DNA of 64,000 nt. Origin: Octopus bimaculoides (Eukaryota). Under the pieces are notes generated by a model. That model did no database searches and was not told the DNA's origin. It worked only from the letters and a program-made list of their open reading frames with translations. The position numbers and the translations under genes are program-made. This document shows, piece by piece, positions 1-12,150 of this stretch (positions within the stretch are counted from its first letter, which is position 1; each line of letters opens with the position of its first letter). The DNA lies in NCBI RefSeq assembly GCF_001194135.2, contig NC_068993.1, positions 1,998,254-2,062,253 on the forward strand, read 5' to 3'.

Positions 1-290
1 TTGATACATCAATTAGAAAGCATTTTTTTCGTTCATGATCTTTGACAACTATATCTGGTTTATTGGCCTTAATTTCTCTATCTGTGTGTATTGGCATATC
101 CCAGAGTATGGTTGCTTTCTCGTTTTCTGTGACCTTTTCTGGCGTGTGTTTATACCATCTTTTTTCTGTTGTTATTCCATAGTGTTGGCATAGCTTCCAG
201 TGTATATAGGTCCCAGCTCCGTCGTGTCTATGAATATATTCCTTCTTAGCCAGGACTGGGCAGCCAGAGATAATATGATTTATTGTTTCT
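1..290 (-). mobile_element. R4/Dong-type (restriction-like endonuclease) non-LTR retrotransposon fragment, frameshifted; continues past the window edge
   Basis: Minus-strand translation ETINHIISGCPVLAKKEYIHRHDGAGTYIHWKLCQHYGITTEKRWYKHTPEKVTENEKATILWDMPIHTDREIKAN/PDIVVKDHER/CFLIDVS matches the zinc-knuckle HxxxxC, RHD and PD..(D) endonuclease region of RLE-clade LINEs (recognised from family knowledge); two frameshifts are needed. Confidence 0.9.
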
Positions 291-307
291 TATTGTTTCA
301 TTAAATG

Positions 308-413
308 ATGAAGGCAATGCCAGCCTCGGCGGAATGGGAACTCAGAACGTAAAGACGACCGAAAGGTTGCTTAGCGTTTTGTGCGGCTTGTTAACGATTC
401 TGCCAGCGCGCCG

Positions 414-414
<1 letters not shown>
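308..414 (-). mobile_element. tRNA-derived SINE, 5' portion
   Basis: cctcggcggaat..gaactcagaacgtaaagacg..tgccagcgcgccgc is the reverse complement of the SINE head that recurs at 3785, 15433, 17377, 29353 and 57001. Confidence 0.8.
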
Positions 415-485
<71 letters not shown>

Positions 486-497
486 GACTACTACTAA
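414..497. repeat. (CTA)n microsatellite
   Basis: Near-perfect trinucleotide run; source of the poly-T/poly-S ORFs at 283 and 391. Confidence 0.97.
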
Positions 498-2251
498 TAA
501 TGTCATGTATATTCATAAGATTCGTCGTAAAAATAAAAATGAAAAACGATTGAAATATTTTGCGTAAGGTTCCTATCATTACATGTTATTGCTTCATAAA
601 ATATTTCGGGTTCTTTTCTTATAAGGTGAACGATTAAGAAGAAAAATGTAAATTTGTCTCACAACCTACTGATTTACGCGCTCTATGTTCTGTCCTGAAA
701 CTCCCACATATCTAATAAAGAAAATTACTTATTGATTAATCATTCCCAATCACAAAACCCCAAATTGATCTTCTACCGAAACAAATTCTTAGCTATTTGA
801 TATCGATTTCTGAAGAAGGCTGAAGATGATATGAATCGTGTTTTAAATTCTTTAAGCTATAGTTTCTTTAAAAAAATTAAATTTGATAAATGAAATTGAC
901 GATGGAGAAAATGAAATTTTTACCCCAGAAAAGCATTTTACACCCGCATGAGGTAACTTAATCAGTGTCTGTCATAAATCCATGGATATAAGCAAAAAAA
1001 AAAAAATGATAGAACTACAACAAAGTACCTGGTTCCAAGTTAATATGGAAGTTAACGTAATAATATGTTTAAATTCAAAATAAGATGTCCATCATATTAA
1101 CCTGTTCACGATTGCAGACATTTTAATTCCTCTTCTGATTCTAGTTGGTTACATATAAATCGATGACGGTGATGAGATTTATGCGTTGACGAAGACAGGG
1201 CCTTTGTTGTTATTGTATAGACCCAGATCAGCAGTAACTGACTAATCAGCCGACTAAAGAATTACTACCATTTTATCTGTTATATATCTGGTATTTCCTG
1301 GAAGAGCCATATTTTGGATTACACTATCCAATAAGTCTCTTCTTTATTCAAAAACTGTCTTGCCATTTATAGCACCAAGTTTTGCCAAAAACAATTTGCC
1401 AAAACATATGGAGAATGGAGAACACGACCGATATCAGCCATCACAATAATCAAAAACTTGATTTGCATTCGGTTAATGCAAAAAAGTTACGTCACCTTTA
1501 CATGAATTTTCTTGGTATGAGAAACGTTGACTATACCAAAAGAAACAAAGCGGGCGAAATAAATCTGTTACGGGAAGAGGATATGGAAATGAAGGGACAA
1601 TTGACTGATACAAAAAAAACTCCAGTGATAGTGTTATAATCTCTAAAATGTTGCATTGATATAACGCCCACTTCGGTATACAGTATACTTAGTAAAACCA
1701 GTAAAGACACGATTATCTCTGACTGCCTACTACATACTCTCGTATTTCACGTACTTCTCTTTACTTATAGTGACTAGGTTATTCCATTCGTCACGTGGGA
1801 GGGGTTAACTATTATTACTAATTCCATATAATATTTCCCCTTTTAAGTTTTTCTTAGGAAGTGTCATTTTATTTAGCAATAAATTAATTTTATTCACCTC
1901 ACCTCCCCTTTTTTGAGTTTTTCTTTTTTTCCGTACAATTTGATATTTTCTTTCTTTCCGTACAATTTAATATTTTTGCGCTTAGCATCTTGGCCACTGA
2001 TTTTAAATTGATATTAATCAAATTAATATTCAATATCTCACCCTTTATTATTTTAATTTATATANNNNNNNNNNNNNNNNNNNNNNNNNNNNNNNNNNNN
2101 NNNNNNNNNNNNNNNNNNNNNNNNNNNNNNNNNNNNNNNNNNNNNNNNNNNNNNNNNNNNNNNNNNNNNNNNNNNNNNNNNNNNNNNNNNNNNNNNNNNN
2201 NNNNNNNNNNNNNNNNNNNNNNNNNNNNNNNNNNNNNNNNNNNNNNNNNNN

Positions 2252-2287
<36 letters not shown>

Positions 2288-2302
2288 GTGTGTGTGTGTG
2301 TG

Positions 2303-2510
2303 TATGTCTTTATCGCGCTCCATCGCTTGACAACTGGCGTTGATCTGTTTAGGTTCCAATTATTTAGGTTTTCGGCAAAGCGATCGATATAATGAATACT
2401 ATACACAATAAGAAGAATAAGTGGCGGAGTCGATTTGCTTGACTAAAACCTTTCAATGCGGTGCTCCAGCATGACCGCAGTCCAATTAATGAAACAAGTG
2501 AGAGAAATAG
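2303..2510 (+). mobile_element. SINE 3' half, downstream of an internal TA/TG microsatellite
   Basis: ccatcgcttgacaac...gtcgatttgcttgactaaaacc..gcggtgctccagcatgaccgcagtc..gaaacaagt; similar sequence at 59953-60158, 24670-24715 and (reverse) about 42255-42300. Confidence 0.75.
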
Positions 2511-2879
2511 GAAAAAAAATAATGTTGGAGCATGTCAGACGTTGGTTTATTGTAAGCAGACAAAACTTTGCGCTGTGTGAAAGTTAAGTGCAGCGTCGAA
2601 GCTTTGCACTTAAATATATTTATATTGTTTTCGAAATGTATGTGATTTTTTAAATATCTTTATTGAATTGAAGATCTTTGAAGCGAGAAAAGTGAACAGA
2701 AGAAGATAGTTTTGTTGACATTTAAATTAGAAAAACAACTTCGTGAAATCGTGATCGAAATTAAAGAAAGATTTTCTATATTTATTATAAGAATGATGGT
2801 GATGACGATGGCGGCGACGGTGATGATTCTGATTCTGTAGTTGCCGAGGAGATGACGGAGACGCTGATTTGAAGAGGAT

Positions 2880-2910
<31 letters not shown>

Positions 2911-3190
2911 AAGATGCTTATGTTGATGTCGACGATAATAAACTCCATAAGGATTATCACGATGACGATGATGATGACAATGTTAATGATGATGATAATG
3001 ATGATGATATTAATACTATTCTGATCAATAAGTATCCGGTGTTTTGCCATAGTAACGCAGCTAAAGCATGCAGAGTGAAGCAGCTTAGCAGAGATGGACT
3101 TTGAACTCTGCTGTGCATGCGCACTAAGTTTTAACGTCCTGGCTCATTTCCGCCGTTTACAGCAGTGCTTGGAAGGAAGGTGTGTAGCAT

Positions 3191-3397
3191 GTGATACCAA
3201 TAGTAATTGGTGCACTTGGAAGTATCAGCACTCAGCTACCAACATGGCTGAAAAAGATTGGTGCAAGTGTGAAGGTAGAACACCTGCAAAAACCAGCATT
3301 GATTGGAACTGCAAGAATTCTTCGCAGGGTTCTTGAAGCATGACCAGTAAACAAGCGTCACCTTCGTCTGCTGACTGTGGACAGCTGACACTTTCCA

Positions 3398-3400
<3 letters not shown>
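3191..3400 (+). mobile_element. R4/Dong-type LINE 3' end (ORF C-terminus plus 3' UTR), 5'-truncated
   Basis: 3191-3343 reads VIPIVIGALGSISTQLPTWLKKIGASVKVEHLQKPALIGTARILRRVLEA*, the typical RLE-LINE C-terminus; followed directly by (GAT)n and (TAA)n. Confidence 0.88.
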
Positions 3401-3436
<36 letters not shown>

Positions 3437-3443
3437 AGTAAGA

Positions 3444-3513
<70 letters not shown>

Positions 3514-3520
3514 CAACAAC
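3399..3520. repeat. Compound (GAT)n-(TAA)n microsatellite
   Basis: Seen directly; forms the tail or target of the upstream LINE. Confidence 0.95.
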
Positions 3521-3784
3521 ATGTGAGAGCGATAAAACACTGCTCCGAAATCTATCCGAAAACATCGAGAATAAAGACTACACATGGAGCCTAAAATAAC
3601 TGACAAAGTGTTGGACTGTATTCGAGTAAGTAATACTCAATAAAATTCATTTCTATTTCTGAATGAAACGACATATTCTAAATGTGTGTCACCTCCGTCA
3701 CTCGCACAACACATGTAAACGCGCTCGCCACACTGACAAAGCGCTGGACTACACCGCTCGAATACTCCGGATGGAAAATTAAGG

Positions 3785-3976
3785 TGTGTTAGGGCCTGAA
3801 ATTTGGGGGAGGGGGTAAGTCAATTGCATCGACCCCAGTACTCAACTGGTACTTGATTCATCGACTACGAAAGGGTGACAGGCAAAGTCAACCTAGGCGG
3901 AATTTGAACTCAGAACGAAAAGACGGACGAATTGCCGCTAAACTTTTTGCCTGGCGTGCAAACACCCATGCCAGCC
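3785..3976 (-). mobile_element. tRNA-derived SINE, near full length
   Basis: gggcctgaaatttgggggagggg..atcgaccccagtactcaactggtac..ggcaaagtcaacctaggcggaatttgaactcagaacg..gacggacgaattgccgctaa; reverse-complement match to the copy at 29353-29502. Confidence 0.88.
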
Positions 3977-4435
3977 TTAATCTGATGAAATATTGTTGAT
4001 CGAATTAATGGACGAAGATAAGGAACATGACATTCACATTTGTATGCATATATATATATTATATATATATATATATATNNNNNNNNNNNNNNNNNNNNNN
4101 NNNNNNNNNNNNNNNNNNNNNNNNNNNNNNNNNNNNNNNNNNNNNNNNNNNNNNNNNNNNNNNNNNNNNNNNNNNNNNNNNNNNNNNNNNNNNNNNNNNN
4201 NNNNNNNNNNNNNNNNNNNNNNNNNNNNNATATATGTAGTGAGATGCTAATATATTCCATTCGATTATTGATTTATAGGTAGAAAGTTAACTGTGTAGAA
4301 ATTTCTCCAGGAACTGAGAACATATCTACCTGAAACTGAATTCCGTTAATTAAGAACCTGTAATTAGAAGAAATTCGCTACAAAGAAACCTGCAACTCTC
4401 GTTCAGTATTTACATCTGTAATGAGTTGGCCAGTG

Positions 4436-4735
4436 GTATTCATTAACCCTTGATGTGACATGCACTGGATTCGGGTGTATTATTCATTGAACTTCGATGT
4501 GTCATTTAGTGACCTTTCATGTGACATTCACCGGTGTTTGATGTATCATGCTCTGACCTTTAACATGTCATTCACTGACCTCTGATGTGTCTTTCAGTGA
4601 CCTTTGATGTGTCATTCATTAACCTATGATATTTAAATCACTCAGCTCGATGTGACATTCGTTACCTTCTGATGTAACTTTCACTGACCTCTCATACGCC
4701 ATTTACAAATCTTTGATGTGACATTTACTGAAATT
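4436..4735. repeat. Degenerate 22-bp minisatellite, about 13.5 copies, consensus TGATGTGTCATTCACTGACCTT
   Basis: Unit starts at 4451, 4473, 4495, 4517, 4539, 4561, 4583, 4605, 4627, 4648, 4670, 4692 and 4714 (22-bp period with one 21-bp step). Confidence 0.9.
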
Positions 4736-5010
4736 GCACAGATCTAGGACGATCCCGGCTACGTTTTACTTACGGCGAGCTTTATCACACACTGTCACGT
4801 GGTTTCTTCCTGATAATTATGCTAAAGATAAATTGTGAGCGGAATACTCAGCCCAAGTAATGCTATTTCCGTGAATGAGTCGTTCAGCTGATTAAATAAC
4901 TGGAATACAAATCGTCGAAACTGGCGGAAGACCCTTACGTTATTTCTCACTATCTTGATATAAAAGACATTTGTTACTACATAATTGTCTCTGAGTGAAA
5001 TCTGTATTTT

Positions 5011-5330
5011 AGTTCAGTTCAGTTCCTCCTGTGCTGTGAAGCACATTGTGAAGCAAGCTGACGCCACCGGTTTCTCTTGGCTGTGGTTTTCTCTACATCT
5101 GGTCATATGGTATTAGCCTCTCTCATGTCAGTCATGAATGTTCTGCACCGTGTATCTTTTGGACTTCCTCTTTATTGTTTCCTCTTCAGTGGTGTCCATT
5201 TGAAAGCTGTTCTACAATGGCGTTGTTCTGCTAGCCGGAGTATGTGACCTGCTAGTTTCATCTTCGTCCCGTGATGATTTCACCAAGTGATGCGTGTTGG
5301 CTCTCTTTAGATATTTGAATTCAGCATGTT
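5011..5330 (-). mobile_element. RTE-clade LINE 3' end with (AACTG)n tail
   Basis: Minus strand gives RRMKLAGHILR..WTP..RG.PK and, after frameshift, RTFMTDMREANTI.PDVEKTTAKRNRWRQLASQCASQHRRN*, then aactgaactgaact; typical RTE C-terminus. Confidence 0.82.
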
Positions 5331-5539
5331 TATAAACACCATCTCAAGCAAAATACCAATTATTTTCAATGAATGAAATAATTTAATGCACGGAAGTCAG
5401 TTTTGATCGTTCATTGTTTTGATTAAAGACATTCCATCACCCATGAACATCTCGAATAATTAAAGGAAAGCTGAAACAACTTTGGGTAAAATGTGTTTTC
5501 TTAATTTTTTGAAAATCATTTTTCTGGATACTACAGTTT

Positions 5540-5577
5540 AATTTGAAGGAGATTTGACTGCTATTTCTAACAAGTTG
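5540..5577 (+). repeat. Core of a dispersed SINE-like repeat (GAGGGAGATTTGGCTGCTATTTCTAG-like); other copies near 5776-5825, 20925-21110 (minus), 50080-50270 and 56828-56872
   Basis: aatttgaaggagatttg is identical at 5540-5556 and 56828-56844; degenerate versions occur at the other positions. Confidence 0.6.
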
Positions 5578-6261
5578 AAAGAAAAATTACAGAAACTTCT
5601 GAGTTGATTTCTTTTATCGTTTATTACAGTTGATGTTTTATGCTGATCAAGAAGTCCTATGACAAAAGGATTTCCAATGATGACCGCCCTACCATATATT
5701 CTGACGTAATATCGATAGAGCTGTGTTATTTAAGATGTCATCCATTTTGAATTATAGCAAACACGTTACGGACTGCTTGGAGGGAAATTTGGCTGTTGTT
5801 ACTTCCAGCAGGGAAGCGACCAGGTAGAATATCACATTGTTAGTTCAATATATCGATAGATGTCTATATTGGTCTTCATATCCAACTTGTTGGGGCAGAT
5901 AGCCAAGTTTTCTCTCTGGTATCCGTACATACATGCATACATGCATACATACATCATCTCTTTCCCTCCCTCTCTCCATTTCTCTGTCTTCATCTATAAA
6001 CATGTATATGTATGCGTATGCATGCATATATACACATGCACGCGCACACACATACATATTGTATATTTTTCGTGAGGTATGGATTATATACGACACATAA
6101 TGCTACTCAGTTAATCTCGCAACAATTCTGTTTCAACTGCTAATACTTTATGCATTAATGAATTCTGTTGTTTTATTCATGATCAGATCCGCTCTAATTG
6201 CTAGGTGAAAATTCCCTCGATCAATCTTAAACATCTTCAACATTCATCTTCATTGTTACAG

Positions 6262-6327
6262 ACTGACGACTATCGATTCTGCAAGGAACTGTTTAAAACT
6301 CTTGATTCTTTACGATTGAATGGAACT
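6262..6327 (+). CDS. Candidate internal exon (66 nt, phase 0-0), TDDYRFCKELFKTLDSLRLNGT, resembling the start of a BTB/POZ domain
   Basis: Acceptor tcttcattgttacag|, donor |gtatgt, only one frame open; spacing matches BTB-kelch N-termini such as [20 protein letters not shown]. No partner exon found. Confidence 0.42.
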
Positions 6328-6589
6328 GTATGTTCTTTTTGTATTTTGTTGAGAATCTCCACTATTTATATCAATACACGATCGATATCTACTAAACATT
6401 TAGAAAGTTCCAGTAAAGACCATAATGGAATATTTCTCCCACTCCTGGGACTATGCTGCTCCCACACGCATAGACATCTTATTCTTAATGGGGAAAAAAA
6501 CTGTCGGGATACTTATCATCAAGCTGCTCACCAACACAACCCATACTCCAGCCAACAGATCTGCTGTTGTCTTCTTATGCTTTCCTCCG

Positions 6590-6690
6590 GATAATATCTA
6601 CAAAGTTATCTATTTCTCGGGACTTGCTGCTTTTCTGCAATCTGTTGCATATCCTCATATGTTCTCCCTAAATATTTCTCTAAGATGTTA
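6590..6690 (-). mobile_element. Possible decayed RTE LINE 3' remnant
   Basis: Minus strand KYLGRTYEDMQQIAEKQQVPRNR* resembles RTE C-terminal xYEExKRLAEDRxxWR; short match only. Confidence 0.3.
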
Positions 6691-8555
6691 TCATAAATTC
6701 TTAAGTATGAATACATAAAAGTATATATTCTCTCTCTCTCTCACACACATTTATCTATCCCTCTCTCTTTTCCCCACTCTTTCCCCCTCTATAACTCTAC
6801 ATCTCTCGCTCTGTATTCTTCTCACCCCATGTCTCCCTATATATCCCTTTGTCTCTGGAACGTTTATGTAATTCATACATTTACTCTTGTCATATTGTGT
6901 AACAATGATTCGACAAAATAATTAAGTACAACTCTCTACGGAATACGCAACCACTTCCACGTTGCACTAATAGAGATTAAGTTGCTCGATTAACTGAAGA
7001 TTTATTTGCGAAAGAAACCGAGAACGCACCATATATTAGATTCTTAGACTGAGATATGATGGATTATAAAGTGTGGTAAAATGTTTGTTGTGTAAATGTT
7101 GACTGGTTTCCGGTTCCGGTACCTTTTTAAAGAATAGCACTATAATTAAAATTGAATTCAAACTGCTGATATAGTGTAGAAGGCAGGGGGAATTTCTTTT
7201 TCGGAACTGTTCAGTATTGATAGACCAAAGAAACAAATATCGATGCACTCTTAACCAACACGTATCTCGAAGTGTGTTTCGACTATCATTCGTAATATGT
7301 CGTCAGCCTATTTCCCACGTTTGATTTACCTGGCACGTTAATCAACAAATAAATGACTGGATAGAGAAATATACAAAGATTTTCAAAGAAAACTTATCAA
7401 CCAGGTAGTTAAAATCTCACACCTTAGTGCGATCTGTTTAATGGTATCTACGATTCATTTTATTCTCTTGACCAAAGTGTATGAATCACATATTTTCGTG
7501 GGTGTTGTTCCTTCTTTATAAACAAACACTAACAACTTACGTCGAGCTTCGTTTTATACTTTAGCCTATAAAACAAAATACATTCGCAGACGATAAAACT
7601 GAACCGCTCTTCAAATTTTTTTACATAACTTCTAAAAGATGGTTTTGTGTATATTTATTCAGTTGACAGTGAACACAATGTAAATTATATTATTTCGTCT
7701 TGGCTCTTGCTACACTTACCACTGAAGATATTCGTCCATTTAAAATATGTCTGTTTTTATTCTGTTTTTATTTTATGATATTAAAATTTGGTTTGCCCAA
7801 TTTTGTATATTCATACAGTGGCCTTTTAAGAAAAATAAAAATCTAAACAAAAAAAGAAAAACAAGAAAATACCGCTAATTATAATAATTCAGTGTTCTGA
7901 TAGATTTGTTACTTAATAGGCAGTTAAACACAAACAAAATGGACAGCAACAGAGTAAATTGAAAAGGAAGAGAAAAGATATATAGAAAATAATAGAAAAA
8001 AAAAAACTCAACTCACATTATTCATGAACAGAATACATAAAAATAACAACATTAGCAGCAACAAAACAATAGACATAAGAGAAAAATTTTAAAAGTAAAA
8101 AAAATAAAAAAAGGACATATTATTTTATATTCGATAGTAAAAATCTATGAAACTATTATAATAGTATCAACAACAAAAGACTCTATGGAAATTCACTAGA
8201 AAAGTCTATTAGGATCGTGTTGTAATGTTTTGTTCTTCTTAATTTCTATTTCACTAGACACACAGTGAAATTGAAGAAGCCTAATGTGAGGGAGATTCAA
8301 AGAACTAGTCTGGGTTTGCAATAGAAAGACATTTCATAGATTGCTAACGCATTATTTGCAAGACTACATATTTTTCAGATGGACTTTAATGATATTGTAC
8401 CCACCCCCACTTTTCGTTCGTAAATTGAAGAGTAGAAGCTGTAAAATTATTCTATTCTAAAGAATACAACTATTTTTCTCTGATATTCACATTTGAGAAT
8501 TATGGAGAATTTTTGCCTTTATTTTCCCATAATATACACACATGTATATATAACA

Positions 8556-8647
<92 letters not shown>

Positions 8648-9071
8648 TAAATATATATGTATGCATGCGTGTACGTCGGTGTGTGTGAGTGCATGCATGT
8701 ATGTGTGTATATTCCTCTATCTATTTAGGGGTAACATTGTTTAAAGTATGTTTACCAAAATGAATTGAATTATATTTTTTAAGAGAAAGTAAAAAGAAAA
8801 AAAAAACTATATATGAAAATACAGAATAGATAAATGAATAAACAAAAGAGTAAGTGAAGTAGAGAGAACGAAATGTGGAAAGAAAAATGAGGAAGAAAAA
8901 AATGGAGAACGAGATATAAAAAAGACGTGGAAAAGAAAAACGAGGGAGAATGAAGCGGGACGGATTTGATAAAATGATTTATCAGAAATAAACGTGCGAA
9001 ATCAATAGAAATATCCGCGGATGTAAGTGGACGTCAAATGGAACCTCTTTCTTCCGCTGCTGCTGCTGCTG

Positions 9072-9126
<55 letters not shown>

Positions 9127-10111
9127 GTGACTGTAGTCCTTTAATATATTCAAATGCAATGAAGAACTATCGTGATTGTTGCCGGAAAGAAATCCCACGA
9201 ATAGGATTCTCTGTTATTTCTCTAATTTGAGGTGTATATGTGATTGTATGTGTGTGTGTGTGCATAGGTGCGTGTGCCTGTGTGCATGCGTGCGACAGGG
9301 ACGGTTGTGAAGAAGAAAAATGCCAGGGAGTGTGAGGGTGAATATAGGAACATACAGGGAGATATTCACAGTGAGATCTTTGACAGATCTTGTTTTTCAT
9401 CTCGCAGAACGTCCCAAAACCATACTACTCACAAAATAGGTTGGAGGGTATCACCGTTTTAGCGGCCGGCAACTTCGTCATGCATGTTATACCATGCAAA
9501 CTGTACATGGCGGCGGAATCCTGGAGTATATCTCTTCAGAGATGCAAGTTTGGTTGTGGCTCGAAGAAGTGACTCTTTTAAGACTGTCTTTGTGGATGGC
9601 ATAGTAATTCCTGATTTCAGCCGGTAGAAATAACCTGAAACCTACCCTATCAAGGGCAGCTCAGTTGTAAATTGTTTAGACTGAGTCAAGAACAATTTAA
9701 ATTCAATGTCATCGCCTGTAATAAATCAAACGCCACTTAAATGTTCACTCAAATGAAATATAATGAAGGCCCAACCGATACACATACAACCATTTTGACA
9801 AGACATTGTTTAGCAAACGGAGAAATTCATCTCCAGTCTCCCCTACTGAGGATGGTATATTGTTTCCTTCTCGTGTCTGACTCACAATTTATCGATGACA
9901 AGACAAGACAGTGCGTCTGATGACGTATGCTAACACGAAAGCGATCATCGAATTAAGCCATACAAGTTATTTCACATCTACCCACTGATTACTTCATCTT
10001 CCATTCATTACACTTACCTGATTACTCAGTCATCCGTTTGATTCGTATGAATATTAACTTATCTCTGCATTCGTCACTTATACAATGCAATACAATTACA
10101 CTGTCTGGCTG

Positions 10112-10152
<41 letters not shown>

Positions 10153-10458
10153 NNNNNNNNNNNNNNNNNNNNNNNNNNNNNNNNNNNNNNNNNNNNNNNN
10201 NNNNNNNNNNNNNNNNNNNNNNNNNNNNNNNNNNNNNNNNNNNNNNNNNNNNNNNNNNNNNNNNNNNNNNNNNNNNNNNNNNNNNNNNNNNNNNNNNNNN
10301 NNNNNNNNNNNNNNNNNNNNNNNNNNNNNNNNNNNNNNNNNNNNNNNNNNNNNNNNNNNNNNNNNNNNNNNNNNNNNNNNNNNNNNNNNNNNNNNNNNNN
10401 NNNNNNNNNNNNNNNNNNNNNNNNNNNNNNNNNNNNNNNNNNNNNNNNNNNNNNNNNN

Positions 10459-10519
10459 CCGCCGCTGCCGCCGCTGCCGCCGCTGCCGCCGCTGCCGCCG
10501 ATGCCGCCGATGCTGCTGC
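10459..10519. repeat. GC-rich (GCCGCCGCT)n tandem repeat next to a gap
   Basis: Seen directly. Confidence 0.9.
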
Positions 10520-11739
10520 AATTGTTTTTATGCATTTATTTTATTTTCTACCATTCATATTTTTGTGTGTACCATAGAAATGATTTCATTTGAAATGTCT
10601 TCCATGACCATGTTTCTGCTCGCTTTTGAAACAGCTACGGGCTGATGCTTAATCATTCTGTAACTTACAAAGAAAAAAAAAAGAAACAAACAAAAGGAGA
10701 ATAATATCTACAAACTTTTAAATATAAAAATGAATTTTCTAGAAAGCAAGTGAGAAAGAGAGAGGGGGGAAAAAGAGAGAGAAAGTTGTAGAGAGAGAGA
10801 GAGAGAGAAATACAGCGAGAGGTAGAGAAGTGAGCGTTAACATGAGGAAGAGAAGATTTAGAGAGATAAAGAAGAGACAGCGAGGGATGGTGAGAGAAGG
10901 AGATTGTTTTATCCAATTTATACTTTTACAAAACAAACGACACATCAGTGAATCGGTATGGCTTTGTTTTATATGGATTTATTTTGAGAAATATTTTTTA
11001 TTGAATATCGCACAAAGCTTTTCGCTTAACTGCATCAATTCAATTTTGTTGTAAATACAAGATTTACCGATTAAAACACTATTAATGTCGACAGTGAAAT
11101 TATATCAGCACATAACGAAACGTTCAGCACAACAAATCAATAAGCTAGACAGCGGCTAATAACGCCAGGACCGCCACTCATAATAACCTTATTGATAAAA
11201 TAAAATTGATCCAAAGTGCTATTCTATACAAACCTCTTTACGCACTCAGATATGGCGCCCATCTTATGTGGCCTTTCTTTGCCCAAATGTGTTGTGAATA
11301 CATGATAGATTTTTTAAATAAATATAGTAGTCGCCCGCATACATACATACACACACACATACATACATACATACATACAAACATACAAGTTATGTATATG
11401 CATATATTGCATACATGTACATACGTACACAATCGCACATAGACACACGCATATGCATATACAATATATATATATATATATATATATATTCAAAGAAAGC
11501 CAGAGTAGTAGAAATATGGTGAGGGCGTGAGAACCCTCATACCAAGATGTGTGAGTATTTATAGAAAATTGGTGAAATTCATTGAAATTGGATCTAGAAT
11601 TCTCCATATGTACGATATATATAAAACATATAAAATAGAATATATTTCTTTATTCGATTTAGAAAAAGTGCAGATGTCTAAGAGAAAAACATGTACAAGG
11701 GACAGAGAACACGGTTTCGAGTACAAACTTGTGTTCATG

Positions 11740-12150
11740 AAACCACAGTAGTAGTATACATCATCAACATAAAACCGATGATGATCTGTTTATATCACAG
11801 TGTTCATTTTGACTGTTATTGCTGGAACCATGTTGCTGGTACAGCGCGGCATTTTATCTACATGAGATACCGACGTTTCTTCCGATTAACGTTGGTACAT
11901 CAGAAAAAAATGGCTCTAAAGTCAAGTGAATTTCGTTGTTTAGCATCAGGTCATCGGTGTTCATTGAGACGACTTACGATTAAAAACATTCTAGACATGT
12001 CTATGCCGTAACTTTTGCCATATTTCATCTCAAACTTTGGGATGTGATTCGAATGGGATTTCGCTGAAGTTCTATATTACTTGGCTGCTCTCCTTCAGTC
12101 GTCAATGTCACTCGGAAGCTGGTGTTTTCTCTTTTCTGCGAGCCGGAAGA
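11740..12150 (-). mobile_element. Possible highly decayed PIF/Harbinger transposase remnant
   Basis: Minus strand HPKV*DEIWQKLRHRHV resembles IPEVCDAIWxxLxxxYM, with weak upstream VTL..GE and downstream GS..N similarity; many stops and frameshifts. Confidence 0.33.
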
